Positions 39,249 through 49,789 of a stretch of DNA of 64,000 nt are shown one piece after another. How positions within the stretch are numbered: the stretch's first letter is position 1; the number at the start of each line of letters is the position of its first letter. The DNA comes from Squalus acanthias (taxonomy: Eukaryota): assembly GCA_030390025.1 (NCBI GenBank), contig CM059432.1:64730001-64794000 (forward strand). The letters are read 5' to 3'. The translations under genes and the position numbers were made by a program. Below the pieces are notes generated by a model. It made no database searches, was not told the DNA's origin, and worked only from the letters and a program-made list of their open reading frames with translations.

Positions 39249-41537
39249 GGCCTAGAAATTTGTGACCGCCACAAAAGCTGCCGGTGCCACCGTGGCCGGG
39301 TGTTATCGGCTGCCAAAAATGGTGGCGCTGTCAGGACCGAAAAATTGATGCGAGGGCCTAATTATCAATAGCCCAGCGCTTAACTCACCATGGAACTGCC
39401 CTCTGAAAAGGTCTAACAAGTCATTCAGTTGTACCAAATTGCTCATGGACTGCAGCAGTTCAAGAAGGCGGCTAACCACCACCTTCTCAAGGGCAATTAG
39501 GGATTGGCAATAAATGCAGGCCTTGCCAGCGATGTCCACATCCCATGAACAAATAAATTAAAAAATACCGTGGCCTAAGCATCATTGCTGCTAGAACAGC
39601 CTACTCTGAAAGCGAGGCTGTGATTTCAGAAAGCGTTATCGTTGTCTTAGAGAGACAATGCCTTTTGAAATGAAATAAGTAAAAATATGCAGTTTTTAAC
39701 CCTTACAGCTCAACTGCCTTCTGAAAAAAAAATTTACTTTAAAAAGATTAGAGTCTTCAGCTCTTAAAGCTGAATTACCTTCCGCACCTAAAAAAATGGG
39801 AAAAGTACTTCAGCACTAAAGTACTAACACAATGTGGCTCAGCAAGCCAGGAAAGGGGTACCCAGGGTCTTGCACGCAGCACGCCAGCTTTGTGCAGGGG
39901 GTCAACACTGCAAGAGAGGTCCTCTACCCACATTGACCAGGAGGCTCTCCAGAAAGAACGATGGGGAACACATCACAAAGGCCGTCATTGCCAGCAGTGT
40001 CGCCCCCCACCACCTGGCTCCAGTGCCCAAAGAAGTTTCATGACCTCAGATCACTGGTCAAGGTCAGCAAATGCATCTTCAAAAGTCATCTTCTACCAAC
40101 TGCACCTCTAGCCTCACACACTTCTCAATGCATGACCACCACCCCCACCCAATCACTCATCTACCAACAATCTGCACCAATGATGAGGCACATCTCCTAT
40201 TCCTAGCCTTACCTCACCCCCTTGGAGGAGACGGTGCAGGCCATTCTTGGCAGGGGCATGGCAGAGCCCTTGGCCAGTGGCGGGGCTGAAAGGATACAAG
40301 ATGCTGGTATCCTCACACGGTATCCTCCTTCTCGCATGCACCTCTTGCTTTCCCGCTCTCCCCTCACTACAACTCCACCCTTGTGCCTTCCTCAAGAAAT
40401 GCAGCCTGCCCAGCTAGAAGCAGAAGAAGAAGAAGAAGAAGAAACACTGTCACTCGATTTCACACACCCAGCCACCAGCTCCTCAAGGTCAATCAGCAAA
40501 GTCATTTGCAGTGACCCCCACTGAAATTCAGCAGCCTTCCTCCAGCCATGCTGCAGCCACTGGGGTAGCACTGCGTGACATCAGTAGGAAAGGCAAAGGC
40601 ACACACAAGACAGTCATTAAGGGAATGTCTAAGGGTGATGAGTTGATTTCTTGATGTCATATTGGATGGATAGATGTATAACGTTGGATTGGAAGGTTTA
40701 CTTTGTGGTAGCTTTTATTTCAGCATTGTGGCCAAGAGGACGCTGTGATGGTCAGTAACAGAGGGTAGGTAAGGTGTGGGACAAATGTGGAAAGGGGAAT
40801 TGGGGTTGTGGTCATTGGTACGACAGGTGGATGATTATGTCCCGGATATCCCGGCCAGAAAGGGGCTGTCTTGGTTGCATCCTTCCTTCTGCTTCCTCCT
40901 CTTCTACTTTCTCCTCTGCTGCTTCCTCCACTTCCCAATGCTGGAAATACTCAGCAGGTTAGGCAGCATCTCGACCTGAGATGTAAACTCTGTTTCTCTC
41001 TCCACGGATGCTGCCTGACTTGCTGAGTATTTCCAGCATTTTCTGTCTTCTCAGAGGCCATCCTTTACCATCCGAAGCCTTGCAAACATCCAGCAGCACT
41101 CCCCGCACTCACTGCACCCTTAAAAAGCTTTTAACATGTATTGCACCAAACCACTACTTCAATAAAATAAAAAAATCCAGTCCAAAAGCTTAAATGCAAA
41201 CTGACCTGGAAGATATGTGTGTCCCTTTAAGAGGTGCTGACAGCATTTCTGTCAGTCTGCTGAACACTGAGTTTTCATGGCGAGCTTAGGACCCAGCGCT
41301 GAACTCAACAGTAAAGTCAAATTTCGCTGAGGTGATGTTAAGTCGGCGTTGCATGCTGACTGATGTCCTCTTCATTTTCATTTCCAGGGACAGCGTGCTA
41401 TCGGCAGCGCTAAGGCCCTCACCAAAATGGCAACCACTGCGTCCCGTGCCAGAGAAGGGCGCTAGAGTGGCGGCCACCATTTTTGGACCGGATCGCAGTG
41501 GTGACTCGTGGCGGTAAGTGGCCCAATTTCTAGGCCC
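39249..41537. mobile_element. PIF/Harbinger transposon D, decayed, inserted between the PBS and the LTR
   Basis: TIRs GGCCTAGAAATT / AATTTCTAGGCC; Myb remnant WLQCPKKFHDL; contains a LINE tail fragment at ~39395-39565. Confidence 0.85.
40937..41040. repeat. Short hairpin-forming element (34-bp arms, 36-nt loop)
   Basis: AATGCTGGAAATACTCAGCAGGTTAGGCAGCATC versus GATGCTGCCTGACTTGCTGAGTATTTCCAGCATT; two mismatches. Confidence 0.85.
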
Positions 41538-41540
41538 ATG

Positions 41541-41863
41541 TGTTACATGGTCCTATCATCTCGGAGCCTCTTTTCCTTACAAACAGTCATCCTTGAACAA
41601 TCCAAGTTCCAAACACTTCCTTTTAATGCACATAACACAAAGCAAGATCACACGGTATGACTTTCATCTCTTCAACTTCCAGCCTCTTTCGGGGGCTACT
41701 TCTCTTGAACCTCCCCTTTTATGCTTAGTTGGCTTGGGAAATTTTCCTCCCACTCCAGATGCTCCCACTCCAGCTGCAATTATCGTTAAAGGGGAGGTTC
41801 TTAAAGGTGCCCTACTCTTCCTCTGGGATCAGGGCCCTCATCACCTTTAAACACCTTGCTACA
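41541..41863 (-). repeat. 5' LTR of the Gmr1-like element
   Basis: TGT...ACA ends; lies next to the PBS once Harbinger D is removed; first ~100 bp match 15188-15290. Confidence 0.75.
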
Positions 41864-42308
41864 CACGTTATAGTGATGATCTGTTATAATTCCTGTCATA
41901 TGTTTTGGAGTTATTTAACATAATTATAATAGAGATCTTGGTGCGTCTTTTACTGGAACACGGAACCGAGGACTGAGCTTAAGTGCTTTTAATTACCACA
42001 AGCTCCTCTATTACAGAGCAAACCATGCTCAAAGGTTCATTATTTATATCAGTAGAAAAGTATAAAAACAAGTAGGAAGCAATAGCCAAAACTTCAGCTC
42101 TTCCTTAACAAAAGTGTGACAAGTTTACACAGTCAGTTTCCACTATAACAGTGGACATTGCTGGAAGTGCATGCAGACATCAAGGGCAGATTTTGAGGCC
42201 TCACACCCAGCAGAAACAGAGTGGTAGTTCCCTGAAAATAGTGAGGAATGTCACCGTCGTGGTGACTGCAGCAATCTTCCCCTGCACCTACCATTGGACA
42301 GACAGAAC

Positions 42309-42979
42309 TAGGGTTCCCAAACCAACAGAATGACTGGGAGTTTCCTGTAATTGAGGGTTCCTGCCCTACAGCTACTTCCAACAACCCGGGAGATTTAGTG
42401 ATTGAAATGTTATGCTGCAGTGTGCTCCCCCACTCAGCCCGCTTCGTGATGTCACCGGCTGCTGTTCAAGAAGCCTCCGGCTCGGTAATGTCACCCACAG
42501 AGAGCCGTGACCACATGGAGGAGGCGGGAGAGTCAGGAATCGAGAGTTAGCATTCGGGGCGGACTCTGAAATTGGGGTTGTCAGCATTCAGGGGGCTCGA
42601 AAATTGTGGAGGGGGTGTCTCTGCAATGGGAGTCTTTGAAATGGGGGCGCTCCGAAATGGGGGGCTCTGAAATGGGGGTGGGGGGGTTTCCTCGGTTTCC
42701 CCTCTTTGCCTGCTCATGGGTGGCCTCCTGGTTCTTGGAACTTATTGCAAAACAGCTGCTGCGCGAAACCACAAGCAAACTATACTCAACTGTAGTGGAC
42801 CCAACCTTTATAAGGTAAATGCAATAACATTTGTAGAAGTCATGTAAACAAATGTCACATGATCGAATGTCACATGATCGGATGTCATGTGATCAGGCAT
42901 CATATGGTCAGGTGTTATGTGGTCAGAATGTCACATCTCAAACCTCCAGGAATGCCTCCAACCAGAGTTGACAACCCTA
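42309..42979. mobile_element. hAT-type MITE
   Basis: TIRs TAGGGTTCCCAA / TTGACAACCCTA; 8-bp flanks GACAGAAC/GCTAGAAC (6/8 match); internal repeats ATGTCACATGATCG and CTGAAATGGGGG. Confidence 0.7.
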
Positions 42980-43329
42980 GCTAGAACACCCACCTGAGTC
43001 AGGCAGTAAGCCCGTTGAATATGCAAATTCGGAGTGCTATGACATACATAGGCCCCCATCTTGCCATTTTAGGGCAGTACAGGGCAGAGCGTGTGCTGCA
43101 CACACCCTGCCAGCGTCAGCTGGTGATCCAGCTGCAGAGGGGCCCACAGGTAAATTTTATTGTATTTTTGTGGGGCTGGGAGGAGCAGGAGTGCATCTTT
43201 CGGTTATGCAAAACTAACCTGGACTGCTCCTGCCCCGGGAACCCCCAGCCCCTGAGATCAGAACACCAGCCCCCTGCACCCCATGGACCCACTTTCTTCC
43301 AGCCTGGCAGCCGGCCAGGCTGCCCAATA

Positions 43330-43470
43330 TTTTTTGGATATTAAGGGAATCAAGGGATAGGGGGTAGAGCAGGAAAGTGGAGTTGAGGTAGAAGATCAGC
43401 CATGATCTTATTGAATGGCGGGGCAGGCTCGAGGGGCCAAATGGCCTACTCCTGCTCCTGTTTCTTATGT
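43330..43470 (+). mobile_element. CR1 3' end fragment
   Basis: GATCAGCCATGATCTTATTGAATGGCGG...CCTACTCCTGCTCCT..TTCTTATGT. Confidence 0.85.
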
Positions 43471-43977
43471 AGGCTGTCCTGGGGCAATCGTATTCCACTG
43501 GCAACCCGCCAGACGAATGCTAATGAGGCACAGCACCGAGAGTGGACTGAGCCTCCCAGCCGGGAATATCGGCCGACGGCCGGTGCCCTCTGCTTGCTGG
43601 CTGCCCAAAGGAAAATCTACCCTGGGCGGAGGGGAAGTGAGTAAAGGCCTAGTGTAGTTTTCAGGTAAAGTGGGGTTGGAGGGCACGGGATAATTGATCC
43701 AAGAGAAAATCTCCCCCAAGATTTTTAATATATCTTGATTTAGATTCCAGATAATATGATTTTATAATGAAATACCACAAAGTTAAGGCCATTTCAGGCA
43801 TTTGTTATGCAGCAATTAAAACAAGCTTCTGTCACTTTTAAGTTCACAGATAATATGGCACCACAACATAAAATTAATTGACTTGCTTCATTATTGATCA
43901 TCATACTGTCCCTTATGGAATACATGAGGCTTTATTAAAACAAAATGATGATGTACAGATAATTATCCATTACTCAC

Positions 43978-44057
43978 CTTTGATTGCATATCCCACTGGT
44001 AGCTGATGAATACTTTGGGTTGCACCTCATCACTGTCAAAGGGCCAGCAAATTGAAG
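43978..44057 (-). CDS. Internal coding exon (phase 1-0) of the TIR-domain host gene: SICWPFDSDEVQPKVFISYQWDMQSK
   Basis: Acceptor CCTTTTCTCCCCCTGCAG, donor AAG|GTGAGT; VFISY is the TIR beta-A (box 1) motif. Confidence 0.85.
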
Positions 44058-45291
44058 CTGCAGGGGGAGAAAAGGCACAGAATCATTACCGGTATAATGT
44101 ACAATCAAATCCATACAGGCTAGAGATTCCAAGAAGGGAAACATTCCCACCAGCATCAACCTGCCGAGTGGGAACAAGAAAATAGTTTGTTAATTTGTCA
44201 GATCCCTGGACCAAAATGAGCACCAAGCAATGTCCCAGCATGCCTTTACTGCTGGCGTATGCTGTTTTTACCCATGTAGTCTTGCTGCTGCACATCTAAG
44301 AAGGAAAAAAGGAAGCGAGGTTAGAATGGGTCCCTTGGGAGTGGAGTGCCCATGCTCCTTTCAGTAGCAGTTAATGAAGGTACAATAGAAAGAGAAGCAG
44401 ATCATCTGCATGAACCCACAGCTCCCACATTCCCACCAATTTCTCTTTCTCCAACATTGTCTATAGTCTCTCTCCCCATAAAAAAACTGATTGTCGTTCC
44501 AGCAGCACAGGATGCATTATATTCTGTAGAACATTGTTCATCTATGTCATTCTTATCCTTATAACCTTTAAATCCATTCTTGTACATATTTCTCAAGCTT
44601 ATTTTAAAGGAGATAATTAAATTATCATTAACAACTTTTCCACATACTCATTACTCTGTGGGGGGGACATCTTTAGGAGTGATGGAGAATTGTTAATTTT
44701 TTCCTCTATTCCTTGAGTTTTGCAATTCCAATCGAAGTTGAATAACCTGCTTATGTTTGCTTTATTAATACCTGTTTCATTTTAAAACCCGAATCATGTT
44801 GTCTATCAAATTTACCTTTTTTATGAAAATAAATTTAGATTTGTAAGCTTATTTTCATTACGTAAAGGCCCCAGCTACGATTCACAGTAGTTACTTCTGT
44901 GAATTTTTTTAATGTACTTTTAAAAAAAGAGTATTGAAATTTGCACATATTGTTCTAAATGTCACCTTACCACTAAGTTATAAAGGATTAATATAGCTGA
45001 TTTCAAATTATAAGTAAATCCCCTTGAGACACATTCTAGATGCTGATTAAGCTTGACTACACCGACTACATGGAATGTACAGCACAGAAACAGGCCATTC
45101 AGCCCAACTGGGCCAAGCCATTGTTTATGCTTCACACAAGCCTCCTCCCACTCTACTTCATCTCACCCTATCAACATATCCTTCTATTCCTTTCTCCCTC
45201 ATGTGCTTCCCCTTAAATGCAGCTATGCTATTCGCTTCAACTACTCTTTGTGGTAGCGAGTTCCACACTCACACCACTCTCTGGGTAAAGA

Positions 45292-48025
45292 GATCATAGA
45301 GTCATAGGGGGCGATTTTCCCAGCCCCAAGGAGGCGGGTTTGGAGGCGGGACAGTTGGCAAAATGGCAAAAACTGAGGGCGGGTTTGGAACCCGCCTCCA
45401 ACCCGCCACCGCACAATTTTGCCGGAGGCGGGTTTGATGGGTGCAATTCGGTCCCGCCTCCATCAGTCGGGAGAGGTAGTTAAGGCCCTTAAATAGTAGT
45501 TAGGGGCCTCTATAATCCTATTTTGACCGGCCCTCATTATTTTACCACATTTTCAGCGTGTTGCACGACCCTCCTAAACCGCGCCAGCTAATCCTGGCGG
45601 GTTGAAAGTGGGTGGCCTCCTCACAGCTGCAGCTCCACCATTAAAACAGAGCTATCATCAGGGAGCAGTTGCAGATGGCAGAACTTTGGTTCCAAAGGTC
45701 TTTCAGCACTTTTAGCAGGCCTACCAAAGTCGGAGGTGCTGCAGCTTCTATCTCTCAACTGTGGGACCTCCTTGGAAGACCCTCTCCCAGCTTGAATTGA
45801 GCGCTTCCCCAGCGGAGGTATCTGCCAGCAACATGGGAACCATTCATTTCCTTTCACCATGGAGCTCAGATTCGGATGAGGAGCAGCCACGGCAGCAGCA
45901 GAACCAGGCAGCACAGCAGCAACAGCAGCAGGAGCCCCAACCTCCTGCTCAGCCACCTGATGGTGCACAGGGCAGAAGGCACCAGCGCATGGAAGCACGT
46001 CGTGCAAGGAATGCACTCATCCTGGCCAGATTTGCATAGGTTGCCCATTGTGGCACATGTGCTTGGCTCCTTCTTAACACATGATAGACAATGGACATGA
46101 CTCTCTGGCCTCCTTTCACTCTGACCACCAACCTGACCACGCAAGTGTCGCGGAGCCCGCAATGTGGAGCTGCCTAACCCGAAATAACAGATGCCATCAC
46201 ACCAACAGTTTGCCATCACCTAAGTTTAATACATTCCCACAGGGATGGCATTTCATCAATAAACAGAAACAATTACCCAATCTGCACACAGATCTGGAGG
46301 TTATATCCCTTGCTAGCTGGACCCACATGGCCTTGGTTTCTTTGGGAAGCCTCTTCCTCCCAGATGAGGGGAAGAGCACCTCCCTGCTAGCTCTCGCCCC
46401 CTCAACCAGCATACCCAGTGCCTCATCCGAGAACCTCGGGGAGGCCCTTGCCTTGGAGCTGGCCATTCTTCAAGGAGATAACAGTTTGGAGGTGGTGCAG
46501 CATCGACCAAAAACCAGTGGAATGAGCCAAGGCAGCCAGCAGCCCTTAAATGAAGCTGGATAAGTGACGTCAGCAGAGGCGAGTTTCAGTCCCAAAACAC
46601 TCATTGGCCAAGGGCAACCCACACCTCTGAAATCAACTGGCCAATTAGGGGAAAATCGCAAATTTTCCCAACTCTCAGTGGAGGCGCCTTCATTGTGAAA
46701 ATCGCCCCCATTGAGTGTGTCCGCTTCCACCACTTCCGTTGGCAGCGAGTTCCAGGTCCTCACCAATCGCTGCATAAAAAAGTATTTCCTCACATCCCCC
46801 CTGTATCTCTTGCCCAAAACCTTAAATCTGTGTCCCCTAGTCCTTGTACCATCAACAAGTGGGAACAGCCTTTCCCCGTCTAGCCTATCCAAACCCATCA
46901 TAATCTTGTACACCTCTATCAAATCACCCCGCAACCTCCTTTGCTCTAATGAAAACAAATCCAGCTTCTCCAACCTGTCCTTGTAGCTAAGATCCCCCAT
47001 CCCCAGAACCATTCTGGTAAATCTCCTCTGCACCCTTTCAAGTGCCTTCACATCCTTCCTAAAGTGTGGTGACCAGAACTGGATGCAATACTTCAGTTGT
47101 GGCCTAACCAGCGCTTTATAAAGGTTCAGCATAACTTCTCTACTTTTATACTCAATACCTCTATTTATGAAGCCCAAGATCCCATATGCTTTGCTAACCA
47201 CTCTCCAATATGTCCTGCCACCTTCAGGGACCTATGCACATTAACTCCCAGGTCCCTCTGTCCCTGCACACTCTTTAAAACTGTTCCATTAAGTGTATAT
47301 TACCTCTCCCTGTTCTTTCTGCCAAAATGCATCACCTCACACTTCTCTGTATTAAATTCCATCTGCCACTTGTCTGCCCATTCTGCTAGCCTTTCTATGT
47401 CCTATTGCAGTTGATTGGTATCATCATCACTGTTTGCCACACCCCTAAGTTTGCTGTCATCGGCAAATTTAGAAATTCTACTCTTTATTCCAATATCCAG
47501 GTCATTTATATATATCAAAAAAAGCAGTGCCCCAGCACTGACTCTTGGGAAACACCACTGTCTACCATCCTCCAGTCTGAAAAACAGCCATTTACCACAA
47601 CTCACAGTTTTCTGTCCTTAAGCCAATTCCTTATCAAAGCTGCCACTGACCCACCTGTTCCATGAGCCTCAATTTTGTTAACCGGCCTTCTATGTGGTAC
47701 TTTGTCAAATGCCTTCCGAAAATCCATGTAGACAACATCCATTGCATTCCCTTCATCAATCCTCCCTGTTACTTCATCAAAAAATTCAATTAGATTAGTC
47801 AAACACGATCTGCCTTTTACAAATCCGTTTAATTAGCTTAAACTTCTCCAAGTGCCTGTTAATTTTTTCCTTGATTATTGTTTCTAAAACTTTACCCACC
47901 ACAGATGTTAAACTGACCGGCCTGTAGTTACTAGGATTGTCCTTACACCCATTCTTGAACAATGGTGTCACATTTGCCACTTTCCAATCCTCAGGCACCT
48001 CCCCCGCAACTAGGGAAGATCTAGG
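45292..48025 (-). mobile_element. CR1 LINE (GAGTCATA-tail subfamily) with a Harbinger insertion
   Basis: ORFs 47795-48112, 47602-47802, 47402-47605 and 46470-47201. Confidence 0.9.
45307..46709. mobile_element. Internally deleted Harbinger of family B, inverted relative to 24713-27311
   Basis: TIRs GGGGGCGATTTTC / GAAAATCGCCCCC; Myb start on - (46466) and nuclease remnant on +. Confidence 0.92.
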
Positions 48026-48113
48026 GTTTATCCTGAATTCCCTATTGGATTTTTTAGTGGCTATCTTATATTTATGGCCCCTAGTTCTGGTGTCGCCTGC
48101 AAGTGGAAACATC

Positions 48114-49789
48114 AGGCTAAATTTTGCCGGTGCTCAGAGGGCGGGTTAGGAGGCGGGTCCGCTGTCAAAATAAAAAAGATTGAAAGTGGGTAAGGAACCC
48201 GCTGTCAACCCGCCTCCATGTGAGTCTCCCAGGTGTCGGATCTGTCAGCACTGAGCAGACCCGACACCAAGAGGCGGGGGAGGCAATTGACATAATTAAA
48301 TGGATTGTTAACATCCAATTAAGTGTTATTTTATGCCTACATTTCAATTTTACGTGCTCCCCCATGGGTTATCCGCTGCTCGGGGAACATGTCAGCTCAG
48401 CATGTCATGAGTGGATTCAGCATTGAATTATCTCATGACCTATCAGTTGCCAAAGTTGTATAAAAGATCCCATGTCAGTTGTTCACTTTCAAAGCTCAGA
48501 AACTGTTGCTTACTGCATTTGGAAGACATATTGAGCTTTCTGCAGCTTGCAAGTGTTTGGAGCCGACTCTCTATCCAGTGTCACCTTATTGGAACAACCT
48601 CTCTCATTGACAGATCGCTTCTATCATCTTAACCTCACCTGCCATCTATTCCATCAGCATTGTTGCCCTTGATAATATCTCACCTTGGTCCTCAGAATCG
48701 CACCAAGATCATCCCCAACACCAGCATCACCAGGCATACCAGCAGCAACAAAAACAACACCAGCCTTCTCCGCAATCACCTGATGCTGCACAGGACACAG
48801 GGCATCAACACCTGACAACATTGCTGCCCGAGGCGCCAGGGATGGCCTCACCATGGTCAGATTTACTTCACTTGATGCTGTACACCCTGGATGCCACATG
48901 ATGCGCCAGGTTGGCACCAGCCCACACCAACACCATAAAGCATCCCGACAATGTCCAAGCCATTCCTTTCACATTCATCACCATTGCAGGGGGTGGGGTA
49001 CCCTTATGTCTCACCATTCACTACAACTCACTAAGCCACTTCCAAAGGTGCATACAAATCTGTCCAAGAATGCAAAGTGCTGAAAATAAAGGTTTCAATG
49101 TTTGACAGCACATTACCAGAAACCTCACATGAACATTGGCTAAACCACCCTTGTGTGTTATTAGTTGGTATAATTGGACTAGGATGAGGGTGAGTGTAAG
49201 GGGTGGCTAGTGAAATGAGGAAATGATAATGTAGATAGAGAGGGATGGGTGGAGGTGCAAGGTAATAATGGTGTGAGTAAAGATGTGCAGGAGTAGGGTA
49301 GGGAAGTGATGTGGATGTGATGAGTGGCACATCAGGATGAGGTTGAGTGTGGCTTGGCAGTATCGTTTTGTGATCTACTGAGATCATTGAAAGGCTTGCA
49401 CCACTGCAGCCTGGTCCTCCTGATGACATCCCTGCTTGTGCCCTCCTGTGCAATCTGCAACCAGGCTGTGTTGATCTCCTGGGGAGGTCTCTTCTGCCCA
49501 TGGGAAGGTAAGAGAACCTCCCTGCGTGCTGCGACTCCCTCCATAATCATATGAACTGTCAAAATCAATTTGGACATGGCCCCTTTAAGGAAATCGGCTG
49601 ATGACGTGTTATCAAATGACATCACCAGATCCGCTTCCTTTTAATTGTCCAGGAACCTCGCAGGGCGGGCTTAACAAGCCCAATTAACGTAAAATCACTT
49701 GGCGAGTGCGGGCTGCAGTAGGCAGCAGGCTGGGACGCACTATTGACCTCGGCCGCCCCGTACCCGCCTCGGTCGGCAAAATCACGGCC
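48114..49789. mobile_element. Decayed Harbinger element E
   Basis: Ends AGGCTAAATTTTGCC / GGCAAAATCACGGCC; exact TSD ATC; Myb remnant on - (WLQWCKPFNDL-like, ORF 49332-49625). Confidence 0.85.

Noticed and set aside
41873..41976. C/D-box snoRNA (GTGATGA...CTGA)
   Set aside because: No terminal stem, antisense to the host gene, no guide target recognised
44086..44295. ORF or extended exon upstream of the 80-nt exon
   Set aside because: No recognisable homology; the stronger acceptor at 44058 gives the TIR frame
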